Made by a program: the position numbers and the translations under genes. The notes beneath the pieces were generated by a model. The model saw only the letters and a program-made list of their open reading frames with translations. It was not told where the DNA came from and ran no database searches. 64,000 bases of DNA, taken from assembly GCA_905182065.1 (NCBI GenBank), contig CAJIZN010000002.1:7175-71174 (forward strand). Reading direction: 5' to 3'. The DNA is from Candidatus Marisimplicoccus framensis. Lineage in GTDB: Bacteria; Bacteroidota; Bacteroidia; Flavobacteriales; Flavobacteriaceae. Below are positions 49,697 to 59,847 of this stretch, in pieces (positions within the stretch are counted from its first letter, which is position 1; each line of letters opens with the position of its first letter).

Positions 49697-50725
49697 TTAT
49701 CTGTAGATTCCTCTACTGTTAAGCCATCTAGTATAGACTTTTTTATTTCTATTGTGTTCAGATAAATTCCTAGCAAAAAGATGATAACCTCTATTATAGG
49801 GGTCAGCTACAAAGAAAATATACTCATGTTTCTTATAGTTTAAAACTGCATCAATAGACGTTATATCAGGCATTGAAATAGGACCTGGAGGTAAACCATT
49901 AATTTTATAGGTATTATATCTTGAATTTAATCTTAAGTCGCGATATAAAACCCGCCTAATAATTGTGTCAAAATTTTTATAATAATCTTTTATGGAATAT
50001 ATTACTGTAGGATCAGCCTGTAAACGCATTCGAGTATTTAATCTATTAACATAGACACCTGCAATTATTGGACGTTCATCTACCTTAACACTTTCCTTCT
50101 GAACAATAGAAGCTAATGCGATTACTTCTTTCTTAGTCAAACCTATGTTCTTTGCCTTTTCAGTTCTACTTTTATTCCAAAATTTTTCATATTCCAAAAA
50201 CATTTTATCTCTAAACTGATCAGGTTCAATATCCCAAAAAACCTCGTATGAATTAGGTACAAAAATTGATAGAATATTTTCTTTATTAAAATTATTCTCT
50301 TCTAAGAAATCTTTGTCAGTAAAAGAATTAATTAAAGCTGTACTATCTGAATATATTTGCTTTGCAATTCTACCTGCTAGATTTTCAACTCTTTCTTGGT
50401 TATTAAAAGTTATAGTTAAAGGGGTATTATTAAATTTTAATGAGGATATTAATTCTTTGTTGCCAACACCTTTATTAATCTTAAACCTTCCTGTTTTTAT
50501 ATTATCTAAGTAACCTAGTCTTTGTGCTACCTTATAAAAAGTTTTTTCAGATTTAATATATTTTGAAATTGAATCGGTAAATGACAAACTATCATTTGAT
50601 ACGATATAAAGAAATATACTCTCATCGTTAAAATTGGTATTGTCTTTGTAAAATTTATTATAATGATCAATAAATAAAATTGACAAAATAATTACCACCG
50701 GTATAATAACTTTTAAAAATTTCAT
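49697..50725 (-). CDS. mltG: endolytic murein transglycosylase (YceG/MltG family)
   Basis: N-terminal TM anchor; ASIVQKE catalytic Glu region; LQADPTVIY; NTYKINGLPPGPISMP. Confidence 0.88.
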   Translation of the reverse strand: MKFLKVIIPVVIILSILFIDHYNKFYKDNTNFNDESIFLYIVSNDSLSFTDSISKYIKSEKTFYKVAQRLGYLDNIKTGRFKINKGVGNKELISSLKFNNTPLTITFNNQERVENLAGRIAKQIYSDSTALINSFTDKDFLEENNFNKENILSIFVPNSYEVFWDIEPDQFRDKMFLEYEKFWNKSRTEKAKNIGLTKKEVIALASIVQKESVKVDERPIIAGVYVNRLNTRMRLQADPTVIYSIKDYYKNFDTIIRRVLYRDLRLNSRYNTYKINGLPPGPISMPDITSIDAVLNYKKHEYIFFVADPYNRGYHLFARNLSEHNRNKKVYTRWLNSRGIYR

Positions 50726-51225
50726 GTCTTTAGAATTTTTTGAAATAATAATTCATCATTAAACTTATTGTTGTAGAAGATCCAATCCTTTTTTAAACCA
50801 ACTCTAATGTATCCGTTTTTTTCAAATAGTAATATACTTTTTGTATTAGAGTTAGAAATATTAGCATACAACTGATGTATGGGTACATGGTCAATAAGAT
50901 GATTTTCAGCTAATTGTAATGAAGTTGAACCAATCCCTTTAGATCTATGTTCTTTAAAAATAAGTATTCCAACTCCTACCCTTCTATTTATAAAATCATA
51001 ATCATAAAAATCAATGAAACCATATGAATTTGTTTCATCAGAGATTACTAATCTTAGTTGTTTATGTTCAATAATATCTAAATGAGAATTTTCAATAAAC
51101 TTTTTGAGTGAATGTCTAGAAAAAGGTGAAGAAGTATTTGAATAGATCCATAATGATTTATCATTTTCAACTTCATAAACTAACTCTAAATCATTGGGTT
51201 CAAGAGCTCTAAGCTTTAAATTCAT
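50722..51225 (-). CDS. GNAT family N-acetyltransferase (RimJ/RimL-like)
   Basis: LRALEPNDLELVY...HRSKGIGSTSLQL motif A. 167 aa. Confidence 0.78.
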   Translation of the reverse strand: MNLKLRALEPNDLELVYEVENDKSLWIYSNTSSPFSRHSLKKFIENSHLDIIEHKQLRLVISDETNSYGFIDFYDYDFINRRVGVGILIFKEHRSKGIGSTSLQLAENHLIDHVPIHQLYANISNSNTKSILLFEKNGYIRVGLKKDWIFYNNKFNDELLFQKILKT

Positions 51226-51295
51226 AATACTCTAGTTAAACTATAGTTAAAATATAAATATTAAAAATTTAATATATTATTTTTACCTTAAAAAA

Positions 51296-52282
51296 ATGAA
51301 ATCAAACTTCAAAGTATTAAGTATTTCTTTATTCTGTTCGATTCTGACTTTTTTCATTTTTAATAATCTTATTAAAAATAAAGAAATTGATTATGAGGTG
51401 TCATATGAAATTGATAATGTTCCTCAATATTCACTTAATGCATTATCAAATCAAAGTAACTTTAGTTCCTCATCATCACTTCCTGATTTAACTTTTGCAG
51501 CAAGCAAGTCTATTGATGCAGTAGTCCATGTTAAAAATACAAGTATTGTTGAAGAAAGTGATAGATGGTCTTTACAATTTTTTTATGGAGATGATTCTAA
51601 AAAAAAGGTTGGAACTGGATCTGGGGTAATCATATCACCAGATGGATATATAATTACTAATTATCATGTAATTGAAAATTCAACTGAAGTTATTGTAACT
51701 ACAAATGATAATAAAGAATATGAAGCGGAAATTATTGGCATTGATGAGGTATATGATATAGCTGTATTAAAGATTAATTCAGATTTAAACTTAGATTATG
51801 TGTTTTTTGGAGATTCAGACTCAACCCTAGTAGGAGAATGGGTGCTTGCTGTCGGAAATCCATATAATTTAAATTCAACAGTAACTGCTGGTATTATTAG
51901 TTCTAAATCAAGAGATCTTAATGAATATGATCAAAAAAATCAATCATTTATTCAAACTGATGCAGCAGTAAACTTTGGTAATAGTGGTGGTGCATTAGTA
52001 AATACTAAAGGTGAGTTAATAGGTATTAACACACTAATTCAATCTATGACTGGAGGGTATGTAGGCTATTCTTTTGCTGTTCCAAGCAATACAGTAAGAA
52101 AAATATTTGAAGACATATTAGAATATGGAGATGTTCAAAAAGGTCTTCTTGGTGTTAGAGGTGTAGCTTTAAATTCACCCTATTCTAAGCAGCTTAACAT
52201 AAATGAAACTGAAGGATTCTATATTGATGAAATTGAATCAGGATATGGTGCAGATTTGGCTGGTCTAGTAGGGGGGATATAA
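51296..52282 (+). CDS. htrA: HtrA/DegP-family serine protease, N-terminal fragment (frame break in the G6 run 52271-52276)
   Basis: Signal anchor, then catalytic triad regions (ITNYHVI; YDIAVLKI; NFGNSGGALVN) and the start of a PDZ domain. Confidence 0.9.
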   Translation: MKSNFKVLSISLFCSILTFFIFNNLIKNKEIDYEVSYEIDNVPQYSLNALSNQSNFSSSSSLPDLTFAASKSIDAVVHVKNTSIVEESDRWSLQFFYGDDSKKKVGTGSGVIISPDGYIITNYHVIENSTEVIVTTNDNKEYEAEIIGIDEVYDIAVLKINSDLNLDYVFFGDSDSTLVGEWVLAVGNPYNLNSTVTAGIISSKSRDLNEYDQKNQSFIQTDAAVNFGNSGGALVNTKGELIGINTLIQSMTGGYVGYSFAVPSNTVRKIFEDILEYGDVQKGLLGVRGVALNSPYSKQLNINETEGFYIDEIESGYGADLAGLVGGI

Positions 52283-52434
52283 TTAAATCAATTGATGGAT
52301 TTAAAATAAACCGATTTTCTGATTTATCTGGGTATTTATCTTCAAAGAGACCTGGAGATAAGGTTAAGGTCAAATTTGTTAGAGATGGGAAATTAGAAAC
52401 TGCTGAAATAACCTTAAAGAAAAGTTCAAATTAA
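52273..52434 (+). CDS. htrA: HtrA/DegP-family serine protease, C-terminal PDZ fragment
   Basis: GDIIKSIDGFKINRFSDLSGYLSSKRPGDKVKVKFVRDGKLETAEITLKK is read in the -1 frame. One extra G would restore continuity. The stop overlaps the trmD ATG. Confidence 0.85.
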   Translation, partial: GDIIKSIDGFKINRFSDLSGYLSSKRPGDKVKVKFVRDGKLETAEITLKKSSN

Positions 52435-53111
52435 TGAGAATTGATGTACTTACATTATTCCCAGAGGTTTTTGATAACCTTAATTCCTTTTCAATAATTA
52501 AGAAGGCTATTGATACAAAGAAGGTTCAGGTTAACTCATATAATCTTAGAGATTATGCTGAAAACTCAAGGAAGGTGGATGATTATCCATATGGAGGTTT
52601 TCCAGGAATGGTTATCAAAATTGAACCAATATATAATTGTATTGAGTCACTTAAAAAAGATAATGTGTATGACGAGATAATATATCTTACTCCAGATGGT
52701 GATTTGCTTGATCAAAAAAAATCAAATTATTTTTCAACCTTAAATAATATAATAATTATATGTGGACACTATAAAGGAATCGACCACAGGGTAAGAGAGT
52801 CTTTAGTTACCAAAGAGATATCTATTGGTAATTTTGTGGTGTCAGGAGGAGAACTTCCTGCTGCTGTTTTATGTGATTCAATAATAAGGCTTCTTCCTGG
52901 TATAATAGGTGATGAATCTTCTGCTTTATCTGATACTTTTCAAGATGATTTATTATCAGCTCCAATTTATACTAGACCAGAGGTTTATAAAGGTTTACAA
53001 GTTCCAAAAGTTCTACTGTCAGGAAATGACAAAGAAATTCAAAAGTGGAACGATGAGAAATCTTTAGAAAGAACAAAATTACTTAGGCCAAATCTTTTTG
53101 ATAATGAATAA
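52434..53111 (+). CDS. trmD: tRNA (guanine37-N1)-methyltransferase
   Basis: MRIDVLTLFPE...YGGFPGMV...CGHYKGIDHRV...IGNFVVSGGELPA motifs. Confidence 0.94.
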   Translation: MRIDVLTLFPEVFDNLNSFSIIKKAIDTKKVQVNSYNLRDYAENSRKVDDYPYGGFPGMVIKIEPIYNCIESLKKDNVYDEIIYLTPDGDLLDQKKSNYFSTLNNIIIICGHYKGIDHRVRESLVTKEISIGNFVVSGGELPAAVLCDSIIRLLPGIIGDESSALSDTFQDDLLSAPIYTRPEVYKGLQVPKVLLSGNDKEIQKWNDEKSLERTKLLRPNLFDNE

Positions 53112-53126
53112 AAAAGGTTAATTTTG
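53097..53126 (+). promoter_or_regulatory. Bacteroidetes-type promoter of rplS (TTTG-N18-TAATTTTG)
   Basis: TTTG at 53097-53100 and TAATTTTG at 53119-53126, about 43 nt upstream of the rplS ATG. Confidence 0.5.
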
Positions 53127-53168
53127 CCCGAGTTTGAATCTAATCAAACCGAATAAAAAAAGATTTCA

Positions 53169-53513
53169 ATGGATTCTGTAGTAAAATTAGTTCAAGATAA
53201 ACTTATAAGTAAAAATGAATTTCCATCTTTTTCTGCTGGTGACACTTTAACAGTTACCATTGAAATTAGGGAAGGTGATAAGGTTAGACCTCAGTCCTTT
53301 AAAGGTGTAGTTATTCAAGTAAAAGGTAGAGGTACATCAAAAACATTTACTATTAGAAAAATGTCCGGCACAGTCGGAGTTGAGAGAATTTTTCCGTTAA
53401 ACATGCCTGGTTTAAAGAAAATTGAAGTTAATAAGAAAGGAAAAGTTAGACAATCAAGAATTTATTACTTCAGAGAACTTAGAGGAAAGAAAGCTAGGAT
53501 TAAAGAAGTATAA
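53169..53513 (+). CDS. rplS: 50S ribosomal protein L19
   Basis: FSAGDTLTV...[16 protein letters not shown]...[15 protein letters not shown]. trmD-rplS synteny. Confidence 0.95.
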   Translation: MDSVVKLVQDKLISKNEFPSFSAGDTLTVTIEIREGDKVRPQSFKGVVIQVKGRGTSKTFTIRKMSGTVGVERIFPLNMPGLKKIEVNKKGKVRQSRIYYFRELRGKKARIKEV

Positions 53514-53518
53514 ATCTT

Positions 53519-54748
53519 ATGTCAAAAATTAAAGTAGCCAACCCCATAGTAGAAATTGATGGTGATGAAATGGCTAGAATCATCTGGAAATTTATTAAAG
53601 AAAAATTAATTTTAGATTATGTAGATCTAGATGTGGTTTATTATGATCTAGGTATTCAATCTAGAGATAAAACTGATGACCAAATTACTATTGATGCAGC
53701 TAATGCTATTAAGAAGTATAATGTTGGTATTAAATGTGCTACAATAACTCCAGATGAAGAAAGAGTTGATGAGTTTTCATTAAATAGAATGTACAAATCT
53801 CCTAATGGAACTATCAGAAACATAGTAGGTGGTACTGTATTTAGAGAGCCTATTATTTGCAGGTCTATTCCTAGGTATGTTCAAGGTTGGTCAAGGCCTA
53901 TTTGTATTGGAAGACATGCTTTTGGAGATCAATATAGAGCAACTGACGTTAGAACTCATGGGCCAGGAAAACTTGAAATGAAATTTACACCCCAAGATGG
54001 AAGCGAGCCAAAAACATGGGAAGTTTATAATTTTGAAGAAGATGGTATTGCTATGTCTATGTATAATATTGATTCTTCGATTTATGGGTTTGCAAGATCG
54101 TGTATGAATATGGCTGTTACAAAAAGATGGCCTCTTTATCTTTCAACAAAGAACACTATCCTTAAAGCTTATGATGGCCGTTTTAAAGATATTTTTCAAG
54201 AAGTTTTTGAGAATGAGTTCAAAGATAAATTTGAAAAAGAAAATATTACATATGAACACAGGCTTATTGATGATATGGTAGCATCTGCCATTAAGTGGAA
54301 GGGTGGTTTTGTATGGGCATGTAAGAACTACGATGGTGACGTTCAATCTGACATTGTAGCTCAAGGATTTGGTTCTCTTGGATTAATGACTTCGACACTG
54401 GTTACTCCTGATGGAAAAACTCTTGAAGCAGAGGCTGCACATGGAACAGTTACTAGGCACTTTAGAAGACATCAAAAAGGTGAACAAACTTCTACTAATC
54501 CAATAGCATCTATATTTGCATGGACTAGGGGATTGATGCATAGAGGTAAACTTGATAATAATCAAGAATTAATCAATTTCTGTAAAACACTCGAAGAAGT
54601 TTGTATTGAAACTGTAGAGGATGGCAAAATGACAAAAGATCTAGCGATGCTTGTTTTTAGAGATGATCTTGTAGACTCAAATTTTCTAACTACACAACAG
54701 TTTTTAGATGAGTTAAAAAAGAATCTTAATCAAAAACTAAGCATATAA
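53519..54748 (+). CDS. icd: NADP-dependent isocitrate dehydrogenase (eukaryote-like homodimeric subfamily)
   Basis: 409 aa: [21 protein letters not shown]...[11 protein letters not shown]...[19 protein letters not shown]...NYDGDVQSD. Confidence 0.92.
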   Translation: MSKIKVANPIVEIDGDEMARIIWKFIKEKLILDYVDLDVVYYDLGIQSRDKTDDQITIDAANAIKKYNVGIKCATITPDEERVDEFSLNRMYKSPNGTIRNIVGGTVFREPIICRSIPRYVQGWSRPICIGRHAFGDQYRATDVRTHGPGKLEMKFTPQDGSEPKTWEVYNFEEDGIAMSMYNIDSSIYGFARSCMNMAVTKRWPLYLSTKNTILKAYDGRFKDIFQEVFENEFKDKFEKENITYEHRLIDDMVASAIKWKGGFVWACKNYDGDVQSDIVAQGFGSLGLMTSTLVTPDGKTLEAEAAHGTVTRHFRRHQKGEQTSTNPIASIFAWTRGLMHRGKLDNNQELINFCKTLEEVCIETVEDGKMTKDLAMLVFRDDLVDSNFLTTQQFLDELKKNLNQKLSI

Positions 54749-54753
54749 TTATC

Positions 54754-55569
54754 ATGGACTTCATTAAGGTTACAGAGCAAGAATCCAATCATAAAGATTT
54801 ACAAAAAAAGACCGTATCTGAATTAGTTAATGCAATGCATGAAGAGGACAATAATGCACTTAAAGCAGTCAATAATGTTCTTCCTAATGTTATTGAACTA
54901 ATAGAAGAAATTGAACCTAAAATTAAAAATGGGGGTAGACTTTTTTATATTGGAGCTGGAACAAGTGGTAGGCTAGGAGTTTTAGATGCTTCAGAATGCC
55001 CACCAACTTTTGGAACCCCTCCTGAAAAGGTTGTTGGACTTGTGGCAGGAGGAATACCTGCTCTTTACAGTTCAATTGAAATAGCTGAAGATGATCTAAA
55101 CCAGGCTTGGAAAGATCTTTTAGAGCATAACATCAGTTCAAATGACATTGTAATAGGAATTGCTGCTTCTGGAACGACTCCATATGTAGTTGGAGGATTA
55201 CAAGAATGTAAAAAAAATAATATTTCTACAGCATGTATTGTTTGTAACGAAAATTCACCTGTATCAAAATATGCAGACTTCAAAATTGAAGTTATCGTTG
55301 GGCCTGAATTTTTAACTGGAAGTTCAAGACTTAAAGCTGGAACAGCCCAAAAATTAATTCTAAACATGATTTCAACAATTTCAATGATCCTTGATGGTCA
55401 TGTAAGAGGCAATAAGATGATTGATATGCAGATGAGTAATGCTAAGTTGAATAAAAGAGCAAGGAAAATACTTATTGATGAACTCGGAATTGATCAAGAA
55501 GAAGCTGATAAATTAATTATTAAACACAAGAGTATTCGATCAGCTATAGAAAACTATCTAAATGAATAA
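54754..55569 (+). CDS. murQ: N-acetylmuramic acid 6-phosphate etherase
   Basis: SIS domain: GRLFYIGAGTSGRLGVLDASECPPTFG...GIAASGTTPYV...GSSRLKAGTAQK. Confidence 0.9.
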   Translation: MDFIKVTEQESNHKDLQKKTVSELVNAMHEEDNNALKAVNNVLPNVIELIEEIEPKIKNGGRLFYIGAGTSGRLGVLDASECPPTFGTPPEKVVGLVAGGIPALYSSIEIAEDDLNQAWKDLLEHNISSNDIVIGIAASGTTPYVVGGLQECKKNNISTACIVCNENSPVSKYADFKIEVIVGPEFLTGSSRLKAGTAQKLILNMISTISMILDGHVRGNKMIDMQMSNAKLNKRARKILIDELGIDQEEADKLIIKHKSIRSAIENYLNE

Positions 55570-55789
55570 ATACTTAAGAAAAGGATTTATTCAAGTCTTT
55601 ATAGGAATTTCCCTTTGTTTTATTGCACCTATTACAATCTCTCAAGCGTTTAATAATCAAGATCATCCATTTTTTATCATAGTTTTAATTATCGGAACAA
55701 TTCTACTTGTTAGTGCTATTTATTTTGGATACAAGGGGATTAATAATATATTAAACGGGACTCTAGGTCCTAAAGATAAATTGAATTAA
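55562..55789 (+). CDS. hypothetical small membrane protein (two TM helices)
   Basis: 75 aa. Hydrophobic segments are FIQVFIGISLCFIAPITI and FFIIVLIIGTILLVSAIYFGY. The start overlaps the murQ stop by 8 nt. Confidence 0.55.
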   Translation: MNKYLRKGFIQVFIGISLCFIAPITISQAFNNQDHPFFIIVLIIGTILLVSAIYFGYKGINNILNGTLGPKDKLN

Positions 55790-55813
55790 TTTTGATTATA
55801 AAATAAGGAATAT

Positions 55814-57763
55814 ATGATTAGTATAATTTTTCCGGATAGTTCAGTTAAAAAGTTTGATAAAGGAACTAAGGTTATAGATGTTGCAAAAAGTATTAGTGAA
55901 GGACTTGCAAGAAAAGTTATCTCAGCTTCATTCAACAAAGAAACTTATGAAATTGAATCTGAACTGCATTCTGATGGTAGTATAAAATTTTATACTTGGG
56001 AAGATGATGAAGGTAAGCAGGCATTCTGGCATTCATCTGCACACATATTAGCACAAACAATAAAGTTTTTCTACCCTAATTGTAAATTAACAATTGGACC
56101 ATCCATAGAAAATGGTTTTTATTATGATGTTGATTTTGATGGAGATACTATTTCAGAAAAAGATTTTCAGAAAATTGAAGTAAAATTTCTAGAATTTGCT
56201 AGACTTGATAGTCAGTTTAAGATGAAATCAATTGCAAAGAAAGATGCCATTGATTTTTATAAAAAAGAAAGTAATCAATACAAGATTGAATTAATTGACA
56301 CACTTGATGACGGAACTATTACTTTTTGTGATCATTCTGACTTTAGTGATTTATGTAAAGGTGGTCATATTCCATCTACAGGAATTGTAAAGGCAGTTAA
56401 ACTACTAAATATTGCTGGAGCTTATTGGAGAGGTGATGAAAAGAATAATCAGCTAACAAGAATATATGGTATATCATTCCCTAAACAAAAATTACTAACT
56501 GAATATCTTGAACTAATTGAGAAAGCTAAAGAAAGAGATCACAGAAAATTAGGAAAAGAGTTAGAGTTATTCACATTCTCAAGCAAAGTTGGTCAAGGTC
56601 TCCCTTTGTGGTTACCAAAAGGAACTGACTTAAGAGATCGTCTTCAGAGTTTCTTAGAAGATGCTCAAAAAAAAGCAGGTTATAAAAAAGTAATGTCCCC
56701 ACATATAGGTTCAAAAGAACTTTATATTACATCTGGTCATTATGAAAAGTATGGTGAAGATAGTTTTCAACCAATTAAAACTCCAAATGAAAATGAAATT
56801 TTCATGCTAAGACCAATGAATTGCCCACATCATTGTGAAATATTCAATGCAAAACCATTAAGCTATAGAGATTTACCTCTAAGACTTGCTGAGTTTGGAA
56901 CAGTATATAGATATGAGCAGAGTGGTGAGCTTCATGGATTGAGTAGAGTTAGAGGATTTACAGTAGATGATGCTCATATTTTTTGTTCACCCGAACAAGT
57001 AGATTCAGAGTTTAAGAATACCATAGACTTGGTGCTTTATGTATTCAGATCATTAGGTTTTAGCGAATTTTATGCGCAAGTTTCATTAAGGGATCCTGAT
57101 GATCCTAAAAAATATATTGGATCTGATGAAAATTGGAATATAGCAGAAGAAGCTATCTTGAGTGCTGCAAAAGAGAAAGAGTTAAATTATAAAGTTGAAT
57201 ATGGAGAGGCAGCTTTTTATGGTCCAAAACTTGATTTTATGGTGAAAGATGCCTTAGGTAGAAGTTGGCAATTAGGTACAATCCAAGTTGATTATAACCT
57301 TCCTGAAAGGTTTGAACTTACTTATAAAGGTAGTAATAATGAGGATTTAAGGCCTGTTATGCTTCACAGGGCTCCATTTGGAAGTATGGAAAGATTTGTA
57401 GCTATTCTTCTTGAGCATACTGGGGGTGTTTTCCCTTTATGGCTGGCGACTACACAGGTAGAAATATTAATTGTTAGTGAGAACTTTAAAAATTATGGTC
57501 AAAAAGTTTTAAATATCTTAGAAAATCACGAAATTCGCGCGCACTTAGATGATAGAAATGAGACTGTTGGAAAAAAAATTAGAGAATCTGAGATAAATAA
57601 GATTCCATTTATGATTGTTGTTGGTGAAAATGAAGTTAAAAACAACAGTATTTCCATAAGAAGACATCATGGTGAAGATTTAGGTGAAATGAAAATTGAA
57701 AAATTTGTTGATATAATTAAAAAAGAAATTTCAGATTGTATCCCAGAGTTTAATATTAATTAA
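55814..57763 (+). CDS. thrS: threonine--tRNA ligase
   Basis: TGS domain, editing-domain HSSAH, class II motifs ([11 protein letters not shown]; [26 protein letters not shown]; GPKLDF), and an anticodon-binding domain. Confidence 0.96.
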   Translation: MISIIFPDSSVKKFDKGTKVIDVAKSISEGLARKVISASFNKETYEIESELHSDGSIKFYTWEDDEGKQAFWHSSAHILAQTIKFFYPNCKLTIGPSIENGFYYDVDFDGDTISEKDFQKIEVKFLEFARLDSQFKMKSIAKKDAIDFYKKESNQYKIELIDTLDDGTITFCDHSDFSDLCKGGHIPSTGIVKAVKLLNIAGAYWRGDEKNNQLTRIYGISFPKQKLLTEYLELIEKAKERDHRKLGKELELFTFSSKVGQGLPLWLPKGTDLRDRLQSFLEDAQKKAGYKKVMSPHIGSKELYITSGHYEKYGEDSFQPIKTPNENEIFMLRPMNCPHHCEIFNAKPLSYRDLPLRLAEFGTVYRYEQSGELHGLSRVRGFTVDDAHIFCSPEQVDSEFKNTIDLVLYVFRSLGFSEFYAQVSLRDPDDPKKYIGSDENWNIAEEAILSAAKEKELNYKVEYGEAAFYGPKLDFMVKDALGRSWQLGTIQVDYNLPERFELTYKGSNNEDLRPVMLHRAPFGSMERFVAILLEHTGGVFPLWLATTQVEILIVSENFKNYGQKVLNILENHEIRAHLDDRNETVGKKIRESEINKIPFMIVVGENEVKNNSISIRRHHGEDLGEMKIEKFVDIIKKEISDCIPEFNIN

Positions 57764-57774
57764 AAACATTAGTT

Positions 57775-58332
57775 ATAGCAATAAGAAGAAGAAGATCGAA
57801 TAGGAGATTCAGCAGAGTAATAAAAGAAGATCCTCATAAAATCAACACAAAGATAACTGCTTTTGAAGTTAGACTTGTTGGAGATAATGTAGAAGTTGGA
57901 GTATATTCTACGAGTGAGGCATTAAGGATGGCAAGAAATCTAGAATTAGATCTAGTTGAAATCTCTCCTAAAGCTTCTCCTCCTGTATGTAAAATTCTAG
58001 AATACAAGAAATTCTTGTACGAACAGAAAAAAAGGGACAAAGCACTAAAATCAAAGGCAACTAAAATTGTTGTGAAAGAAATTAGGTTCGGTCCACAGAC
58101 TGATGAACATGATTATCAGTTTAAAAAGAAACATGCAGAGAAATTTTTAAATGAAGGTGCTAAATTAAAAGCATTTGTGTTTTTTAAAGGAAGATCGATT
58201 ATCTTTAAAGAACAAGGTCAAATTTTGCTACTTAGATTAGCTCAAGACCTTGAAGGACTTGGAACAGTTGAGCAATTGCCGCAGCTAGAAGGAAAGAGAA
58301 TGATTATGTTCATAATGCCAAAAAAGAATTAA
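57775..58332 (+). CDS. infC: translation initiation factor IF-3, probable non-AUG (ATA) start
   Basis: Frame is open from 57760. It reads (ATA)[76 protein letters not shown]. The conserved N-domain lies upstream of the first ATG (57928), so the start must be non-canonical. Confidence 0.85.
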   Translation: MAIRRRRSNRRFSRVIKEDPHKINTKITAFEVRLVGDNVEVGVYSTSEALRMARNLELDLVEISPKASPPVCKILEYKKFLYEQKKRDKALKSKATKIVVKEIRFGPQTDEHDYQFKKKHAEKFLNEGAKLKAFVFFKGRSIIFKEQGQILLLRLAQDLEGLGTVEQLPQLEGKRMIMFIMPKKN

Positions 58333-58343
58333 AAAAAGGAACT

Positions 58344-58541
58344 ATGCCTAAAATGAAAACAAAATCCAGTGCTAAGAAAAGGTTTAAGATAACTGGATCA
58401 GGAAAAATTAAAAGAAAACATGCCTTTAAAAATCATATGTTGACTAAAAAGTCAAAAAAGAGAAAATTAAGGTTAACTCACTTTGGACTTGTTCATGTAA
58501 GTGACGAAAATAGTATTAAAAGACAATTAAGATTAAAATAA
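58344..58541 (+). CDS. rpmI: 50S ribosomal protein L35
   Basis: [31 protein letters not shown]. 65 aa. infC-rpmI-rplT synteny. Confidence 0.95.
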   Translation: MPKMKTKSSAKKRFKITGSGKIKRKHAFKNHMLTKKSKKRKLRLTHFGLVHVSDENSIKRQLRLK

Positions 58542-58551
58542 ATTACTAGCT

Positions 58552-58896
58552 ATGCCAAGATCAGTAAATTCAGTTGCTTCAAGAGCAAGAAGAAAAAAGA
58601 TAATAAAACAAGCCAAAGGTTACTTTGGAAGAAGAAAAAACGTCTGGACAGTAGCTAAGAATGCTGTTGAAAAAGCACTCGTATATGCTTACAGAGATAG
58701 AAAAACAAAGAAAAGGAATTTTAGATCTCTTTGGGTTATGAGAATAAATGCTGCAGCTCATTTGCATGGATTATCTTACAGCGAATTTATGTTTAAGGTT
58801 AAGACAAATAAAATCTCTCTTAATAGAAAGGTTTTAGCTGACTTAGCTATGAACAATCCAAATGCATTTGAGGCGATTATTAAATCACTAAAATAA
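58552..58896 (+). CDS. rplT: 50S ribosomal protein L20
   Basis: [30 protein letters not shown]...[17 protein letters not shown]. Confidence 0.95.
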   Translation: MPRSVNSVASRARRKKIIKQAKGYFGRRKNVWTVAKNAVEKALVYAYRDRKTKKRNFRSLWVMRINAAAHLHGLSYSEFMFKVKTNKISLNRKVLADLAMNNPNAFEAIIKSLK

Positions 58897-58957
58897 CTAC
58901 CCCCCAACACCTACCTCAACTTTATCATATTTTTTATGTCTAACAATAAAATATAGA

Positions 58958-59503
58958 TTGAAAGAAGGTGCTTTACTTAATCTTTTAAAGAATCCAAATT
59001 CGAAAAATAAGGGTTTTAAAATTCTAGTAGATTTATATCATGATAAAACATACTGGATGATAAGAAAAATGGTATTGTCTCATGACTCAGCTAATGATGT
59101 ACTTCAAAACACATACATTAGAATATTCAAAGGCATTGAGAACTTTAAAGAGAAAAGTAAACTGTCAACTTGGATTTATAGAATTGCATACAATGAATGC
59201 ATTAGGTTTCTATCTACTGAGTCTAAACTTAAAAAAGTTGACTTAGATTCGAATGATGATAACTATTCTAGAAAACTATATGCTGATGAATATTTTGATG
59301 CAGAAAGTTTATCATTAAAATTTCATCAAATATTGTCAGAGTTAAGTCTTAGACAAAGAAATATCTTCAATATGAAATACTTTGATGAACTTAAATTTAG
59401 TGAAATATCAAAAATTACAGATATGAATATAAATACTATCAAATCAATATATTATTCTGTTGAAAAAATAATTAAAAAAGAAATAGATGAATCAGCATTA
59501 TAA
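58958..59503 (+). CDS. ECF-type RNA polymerase sigma-70 family factor
   Basis: Region 2 (NTYIRIFKGIENFKEKSKLSTWIYRIAYNECIRF) and region 4 HTH (LKFSEISKITDMNINTIKSIYYSV). TTG start as in the ORF track; the exact start is uncertain. Confidence 0.8.
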   Translation: MKEGALLNLLKNPNSKNKGFKILVDLYHDKTYWMIRKMVLSHDSANDVLQNTYIRIFKGIENFKEKSKLSTWIYRIAYNECIRFLSTESKLKKVDLDSNDDNYSRKLYADEYFDAESLSLKFHQILSELSLRQRNIFNMKYFDELKFSEISKITDMNINTIKSIYYSVEKIIKKEIDESAL

Positions 59504-59816
59504 AAAACTAGGTTTTAAAACACCTTTAAATTATTTTCAAAAGTCTAAAAATCAAATTTTAGCTACAAATATTAATTATCAAACTAAAAAAAATAAATAT
59601 AATTATAGATCTACCTTTCAGTTATTAGTTGCTGCAATTTTCATAACATCTATACTGTATTTTAATTTTTCAAAATTAAATACTGAACCAAATAACTTTA
59701 GTTCTGAATCACCAATTATTTCTACTATTCTATTAAATGAGGAAATAACTGATGAATACATCATTGATTATCTAACCGATAAAATAGCTGTAAATGAAAT
59801 ATATATACCTAAATAA
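59487..59816 (+). CDS. hypothetical single-pass membrane protein, candidate anti-sigma factor
   Basis: 109 aa with one TM helix (FQLLVAAIFITSILYFNF). The start overlaps the sigma factor stop by 17 nt. There is no zinc-binding anti-sigma motif and no Cys at all. Confidence 0.5.
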   Translation: MNQHYKKLGFKTPLNYFQKSKNQILATNINYQTKKNKYNYRSTFQLLVAAIFITSILYFNFSKLNTEPNNFSSESPIISTILLNEEITDEYIIDYLTDKIAVNEIYIPK

Positions 59817-59847
59817 ACTTTTATCTTTTATAAGGGTCAAACAAAAG

